NCBI GenBank assembly: GCA_013265495.1
Contig: MU057887.1
Location: forward strand, 1,499,985-1,563,984
Direction of reading: 5' to 3'
DNA: 64,000 nucleotides
Origin: Vicugna vicugna
Taxonomy: Eukaryota
In this document: positions 58,948 through 64,000 of the stretch, piece by piece
Layout of the letters: each line of letters begins with the position of its first letter
Numbering within the stretch: the first letter of the stretch is position 1
Position numbers and translations under genes: made by a program
The notes under the pieces: generated by a model
The model's database searches: none
Told to the model about the DNA's origin: nothing
The model's input: only the letters and a program-made list of their open reading frames with translations

Positions 58948-61147
58948 CAGGCAGACCTGGCTTTGGGGTGCTTCGCAGAGACAGCATTTTTTCTTAAAAC
59001 AAGTTGAACGTTTGCGGCAACCCTGCGCCACTCTCCCCACANNNNNNNNNNNNNNNNNNNNNNNNNNNNNNNNNNNNNNNNNNNNNNNNNNNNNNNNNNN
59101 NNNNNNNNNNNNNNNNNNNNNNNNNNNNNNNNNNNNNNNNNNNNNNNNNNNNNNNNNNNNNNNNNNNNNNNNGGGCGTGACTAACCGTGCTTGTGTAAGA
59201 CGGTAAACTTAATTGATAGACATCCCGTGCTCTGACTCCCCCGACTGCCGCTCCCCAGTCCCGCCCTCTCCTCGGGCCTCCCTAGTCCCTGAGACACAAC
59301 AATATTGAAAGTAGGCCAATTAACAACCCCCAATGGCTCCTAAGCATTCAAGTGAGAGTCCCGCGTCTCTCATTTTAAATCAAAATCTAGAAATGACTAA
59401 GCTTCGTGAGGCAGGCAGGCCGGAAGACAGAAGAGGCTGAAAGCCGGGCCTCCTGTGCCAGAGTCATCCAGGCTGTGGACGCAAAGGAAAAGCTCCTGAG
59501 GGAAACTGAACGTGCTGCCCCAGCGAACACGCGATGAGAAACGATAAGAGAGCAGAACAGCCTAATCGCTGGCACGGAGAAAGTCTGAGTGGTCTGGACA
59601 GGAGATCAAAGCAGCCCAACGTCCCCCTAAGCCAAAACCGAACCCGGGTGAGGCCCGAACTCCCTGCAACTGTGTACAGGCTGAGAGGTGAGGCCGCTGC
59701 GGAGGGAAAATGTGAAGCCGGCAGAGGTGGGATCACGAGGGTTCGGGGAAGAAGTCCCACAACTCAGCGCAGGAGCAGCAGGTTCTCCACAGGATGCAGC
59801 GCAGACCCCTCGTGAAGGCGGCCGCGCTCAGCCTCGCATTTTCAACGCAGACAAAACGGCCTCGTGTTGGAAGAGGCCGCCGAGGACTTTGATAGCCGTA
59901 GAGAAGTCAGCACCTGGCTTCGAAGCTTCGAGGGACAGGCCGGCTCTCTCGTGAGGGGCTCACGCAGCTGGCGGCTTTCGGCTGAAGCCAGTGCTCGTCG
60001 CCCATTCCGCAATCCCTAGGCCCTTACGGTTCCCGCCAGACCCACTCTGCCTGCGCTCTAGAAAAGCACCGTCAAAGCCCGCTTGTAACTACTTGTTAGC
60101 AACACGGTTTACTGAGTATCTGAAGCCCACTGTTGAGACCTACTGCTCAGATACGGCTGCTCGCGGGCAGCGCCTGGTCACCCAGGAGCTGCTGGGCACG
60201 GCCAGTGAGATCCGTGTTCTCACGCCTGCAACACGACAGCCGTTCCGCGGTGACGTCAACTTTCGAGTCTTATTCTTTCAGAAATACCTTTCGTGAGGCG
60301 GTGGCTGCCACGGACAGTGGCTTCTTTGATGGATCTGAGCAACGTCCACTGAGAACTTTCTGGAAAGGGCTCACCATTCCAGATGCGGCTAAAAACACTC
60401 GTGATTCACGGAAAAGGTAAAAATACCAACATTCACAGGAAGTTTGGAAGAAGTTGGTCCCCACCCGCACGGACGACTCTGAGGGGCTTAAGACGTCGGT
60501 GGAGGAAGTGACTGCAGACGTGGCGGAAACGGCAGGAGAGCAGAACTAGACGTGGAGCCGGAGACGAGACTGAGCCGCCGCAGCCTCGGGAGGAGACGCG
60601 AACGGAGGAGGAGCTGCTGCTGACGGGTAAGGAAAGAGGGCGGCTTCTAGAGGTGGATTCTATCCCTGGTGAAGACGCCGGGAAGACTGCTGAAATGACC
60701 GAGAACCGTGCGTAAACTTCGCAGAGGAAGCAGCAGCCGGGTCCGAGAGGACTGACTCCAAATTTGAAAGAAGTTCCACTGAGGGTAACGTGCTGTCAAA
60801 CAGCACTGCCTGCTACGGAGAAACTGCTCACGGAAGCTACTCGAGGTGGCAACCTTCACTGCTGTCTTATTTTAAGACGTTGCCACCGCCTCGCCAGCCT
60901 TCAGAACCTGCACCCTGACCGGCCAGCGGCCTCCCCAGCGGGGCCAGACCCGCCAGCAGCGGAGATGGCCGCTTCCTGAAGGCTCGGGTGGTGGCCAGCA
61001 TTTTTAAACCAAGCTGGGCACCGTTTTTACACATAATGCTATGCACGCTTACTGCACGACAGCATAGTGCGAATGTTGCTTTATTTTGCTAATTGCTTTC
61101 TTGAGGAGCTCTGGAACGGAACCCGAAGTATCTCCCCAGTGTGTCTA
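58948..61147 (+). mobile_element. Near-full-length decayed Tigger1 (pogo/Tc1-mariner DNA transposon) inside a CERK intron, antisense to CERK
   Basis: Left end CAGGCAGACCTGG resembles the CAGGCATACCTCG TIR; right end CTGGAACGGAACCCGAAGTATCTCC resembles the Tigger1 terminus. Frameshifted transposase remnants include RIFNADKTASCWKRPPRTLIAVEKSAPGFEASRDR, FTEYLKPTVETYCS and LRTFWKGLTIPDAAKNTRDS. Confidence 0.92.
59042..59172. other. Assembly gap, 131 N
   Basis: Run of N inside the Tigger1 5' region. Confidence 0.99.
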
Positions 61148-61559
61148 ATACATTTACCCAAGAGTAAACCACAGAGGGCAGCGACCAGGTAAATGACACT
61201 CATTAAACACAGCTAAGGAGTTCACCTGAGCAACAAGTGTCAAACTTTGAACCCTACACCCTTTCAAACTTCTTTTTTGCACTTAAGTGCTGAAAGAGTG
61301 ACGCTGGACGTGACCTGAAACGTGCAGCCTGTCGCTTTTGTGTACCATCTGGATCGACTTCCATTTCTTCTTCGCTGCAGGTCTGGTCACACATGAGAGC
61401 TGCCTGTGACCGAGGGTGGTGGTGGTCAGGGCGGCCGGCCCTGCCCCGTCGGCACCCAGGGACCCGTCGGCCCCACACGGCTTTGGTTCCCGTCCGTGAG
61501 CGGGGCCCAATCGCGAGCAGAGAGAGCACGGAAGCCCCCGGCCCGCACTTCTGAGTTAC

Positions 61560-61712
61560 CTGAGAAGTCGTATCTGACGAGCCCCATCCAGCGCTTCCTC
61601 TCGCTGTCCCTGATGATGTCCCCGTAGAAGCCGTACCCCAGCAAGGACACCGAGTACCGCAGCAGCGCGCCGTCGTGGTGCACGGAGGAAACGTCCATGG
61701 CCAGCGAGTCCC
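61560..61712 (-). CDS. CERK: Ceramide kinase exon (GDSLAMDVSSVHHDGALLRYSVSLLGYGFYGDIIRDSERKRWMGLVRYDFS; probably exon 8)
   Basis: GCAG acceptor, CAG|GTAACT donor, 153 nt; contains the sphingosine/ceramide kinase GYGF motif. Confidence 0.96.
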
Positions 61713-62457
61713 CTGCGGGAGAGAGGCCTCGGGCTGGAAACCGCACCCCTCCACCCTCCTGCCGGCACGGAGGCAGTTACTTTAAACTGAAGTGTGAACT
61801 ACGCAGAGGGCCGTCCCGGCAACTGTCTGTTCTCCTGGGGCGCCGGGGCTCCTGCTCGACTGAAATTCCCAGGACAGGCTTGGAAGAGCTGTTCTGTTGA
61901 GGCCGGAAAAACAACGTGTCTGTGACGTTCGCTAAACGCCACTAACTGCAAGGAAGGTGGACTTGACGATGAAGAAGAGGCACGTGGCATCTGACATGCA
62001 GCCTTGCCGGGAGTGTAGGTGACAGGTGAGCAGCACCGCCATCAGGGACGAGGGACGGGAGGGGAGCCACACGTCTGTCCCACAGGCACCTGGACAGCTC
62101 TGAGCAGTGTGGCCCGCAGCGTAATAGAGGGGCAGCGAGGGAGGGGTCTGGCTAGGAAGGCCCGAGTGGGGAGGAGGGCAGAGTGCAGGGGTCCTCCCCA
62201 GCACAGGGGACATCTGGCCAGCGCACGGGGACGCCGAGGACAGCTGGCCTGGGTGGGGGGTGCTGGCACCCCCGGACCCAGGGATGGGGCTCCGGAGGGC
62301 TCTGAGCAGCGCCTGTATTTCTGGAGGACCCACTGCTGGCTGTGGGAGGACGGGATGAGATGGGAGGCGGCAGCGAAGTGCTCAGAGTCCTGCTGGAGAC
62401 GGCCGCCCGCGTGTCCCCGGGCTGAGCGAGCCGGCGGCGGGGCTGAGAGGCGCGTAC

Positions 62458-62532
62458 CCACGATGATGTGCAGGGCGGACGTTTCCGCGTCGTTCGTGCC
62501 GACGGTGGAGTAGCACACACAGTCCGTCGACC
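62458..62532 (-). CDS. CERK: Ceramide kinase exon (GSTDCVCYSTVGTNDAETSALHIIV; probably exon 7)
   Basis: Minus-strand CTGTAG acceptor, TGG|GTACGC donor, 75 nt. Upstream exons lie beyond the window end. Confidence 0.95.
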
Positions 62533-64000
62533 CTACAGAGGGGGAGAGGGTCCTGAGCACTGCTGAGTCGCTAAGGCGGTAGCCTGTTCCCAGTTCAGTG
62601 AGGAGGGGGGGCTCTGCTGTCTCGTCCACGGCCCGGAGTGAGAAGGAACAAATACAGTTTGCTACAGAAGTAACCGCCGAGACCGACCCCGCGGAGACGG
62701 CAGCTGGCTCCGCGCACAGCTTCGGGAGACGGGGCCCACGCTCGGGGAGCGGAGCCGCGGGCACACAGCTCGGCGCTCCGCACGGCGGCCCCACTCCCGG
62801 CCGCGACACGGGGCCCAGACCACAAGACCGAAGGGACTCCGCACAGAGACGCGGCCGGGTGGGGAAGCGCACACAGCAAGGACACCCGTGGGGAGCCTGC
62901 CGGGTGCTGGTGGGAGCCACTGCTGGGCACTGGGGCGCGGCGGCCGCCAGCCGCCAGTCGTGAGGGGCCGGCAGGGCCCTCCCTGAACCCCATGGGCTGG
63001 GCCCGGGGCTCAGCCTCCTCCTGCCCGCACCCTCATCTGTAACGCAGGGGTGACCCCAGAGCGCCCAGCTGGTGCTGGGACCCCCAGACGGGCTGGGCCT
63101 CCCTAGGCCTGTCCTGTTCTAACTGGGTCGGCGCCAGGTCCCCACCTGAGGGGCAGACTCTCCCAGGCGCTTATTCACAGCAGACCCCTGCGTCCCGCCC
63201 GGCCCAGACATTCCGACTCCGGAGGCCTGGGACGGGGCCAAGCAACGGAACTGCAGCACGCCTGCCGAACAGCTGAACACCTCAGTCTAGGTGTCCCACG
63301 AATAAACTGTATGACGGCGCCCAGAACTGCACAGCAAGCGTCCAGCGCATGAGCAGCGCGGCCCGAGATCCCCCAGGAAACCCCACGGCATCAACAGGTG
63401 AGGCTGCGCGGCCGCAGGCCCCACAACCTTCCACAAGTCCCTCGTCCTAGTGACGTCCGAAAGCCTCTGGTTCTAAACAGACTGATGCACGTCTGGGCAA
63501 GCGAGGGGTGGAGAGGTCCCCGGGTCCCCAGAGGTGGCAGAGGGGAGAGAGTTGGGCCGCGAGTCCGAGGCCCCCGGCCCTGCCGAGTCTGCCAGCTCGG
63601 GCCCTGCAGCGGGCTTTGCTCTGAGCTGGTTTTCATCAGAGCCGAGGGCACGGCACCCCCGCGGCAGGCAGGGGCTCAGACGAAGCACGTGGGCCCGAGG
63701 CAGGAGACACAAAGCATGGTGTCTTCCCAGAGACTTGCTAACACTACTGAGTTGACACCCAGTGGCCAGAGAGGTGAATTTATAAAACATCAGAATCGAC
63801 TCTGAGCATCTGAAGTGGTGCCTTCAGGACGTGGGTTCAGCCCATTTCGGTCTCCAGTCACGCTCTGTCCAGAGGCACCACAGTCACCCCGAGGCCATCT
63901 AACACCGTCTATACCCCACAATCCTAACCTGCCGCCGACTGCTCCTCCTGGTGCCAGGGACCCCCTTCCACCCACTGGCTTCAGGGCCCCCGAGCCACAC

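Noticed and set aside
59387-60900. Possible active or domesticated TIGD-type transposase
   Set aside because: The reading frame is broken into several short ORFs by frameshifts and stops, and the TIRs are degenerate.
62533-64000. CERK exon with the GGDG catalytic motif
   Set aside because: No matching minus-strand peptide was found; it must lie beyond the window. The flanking 292-aa ORF is intron read-through around the 75-nt exon.

Overview
GC-rich mammalian genomic DNA, not prokaryotic; tRNA-derived SINEs and an L1 3' end suggest a camelid (inference). Two convergent genes occupy the window. (1) GRAMD4 on + : I reconstructed 18 coding exons (10257-46809), all with GT-AG introns and consistent phases, totalling 1737 nt = 578 aa + stop, with a polyA signal at 48785. 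(2) The 3' half of CERK (ceramide kinase) on - : 7 exons (62532 down to 53920), with a polyA signal at 51875-51880. Repeats include a near-full-length decayed Tigger1 spanning a 131-N gap, an L1 3' end nested in an LTR-like element, three tRNA-SINEs, MLT1, MER58-like and old L1M fragments, and short tandem duplications. I found no new multi-gene system. The best leads are an array of duplicated 5' splice sites behind GRAMD4 coding exon 3, two candidate exons deep in a 14.5-kb intron, a uORF nested in an open N-terminal extension, and a pervasive A/T-to-G/C substitution bias. Comparisons with human proteins and repeat consensus sequences are from memory and were not computed.
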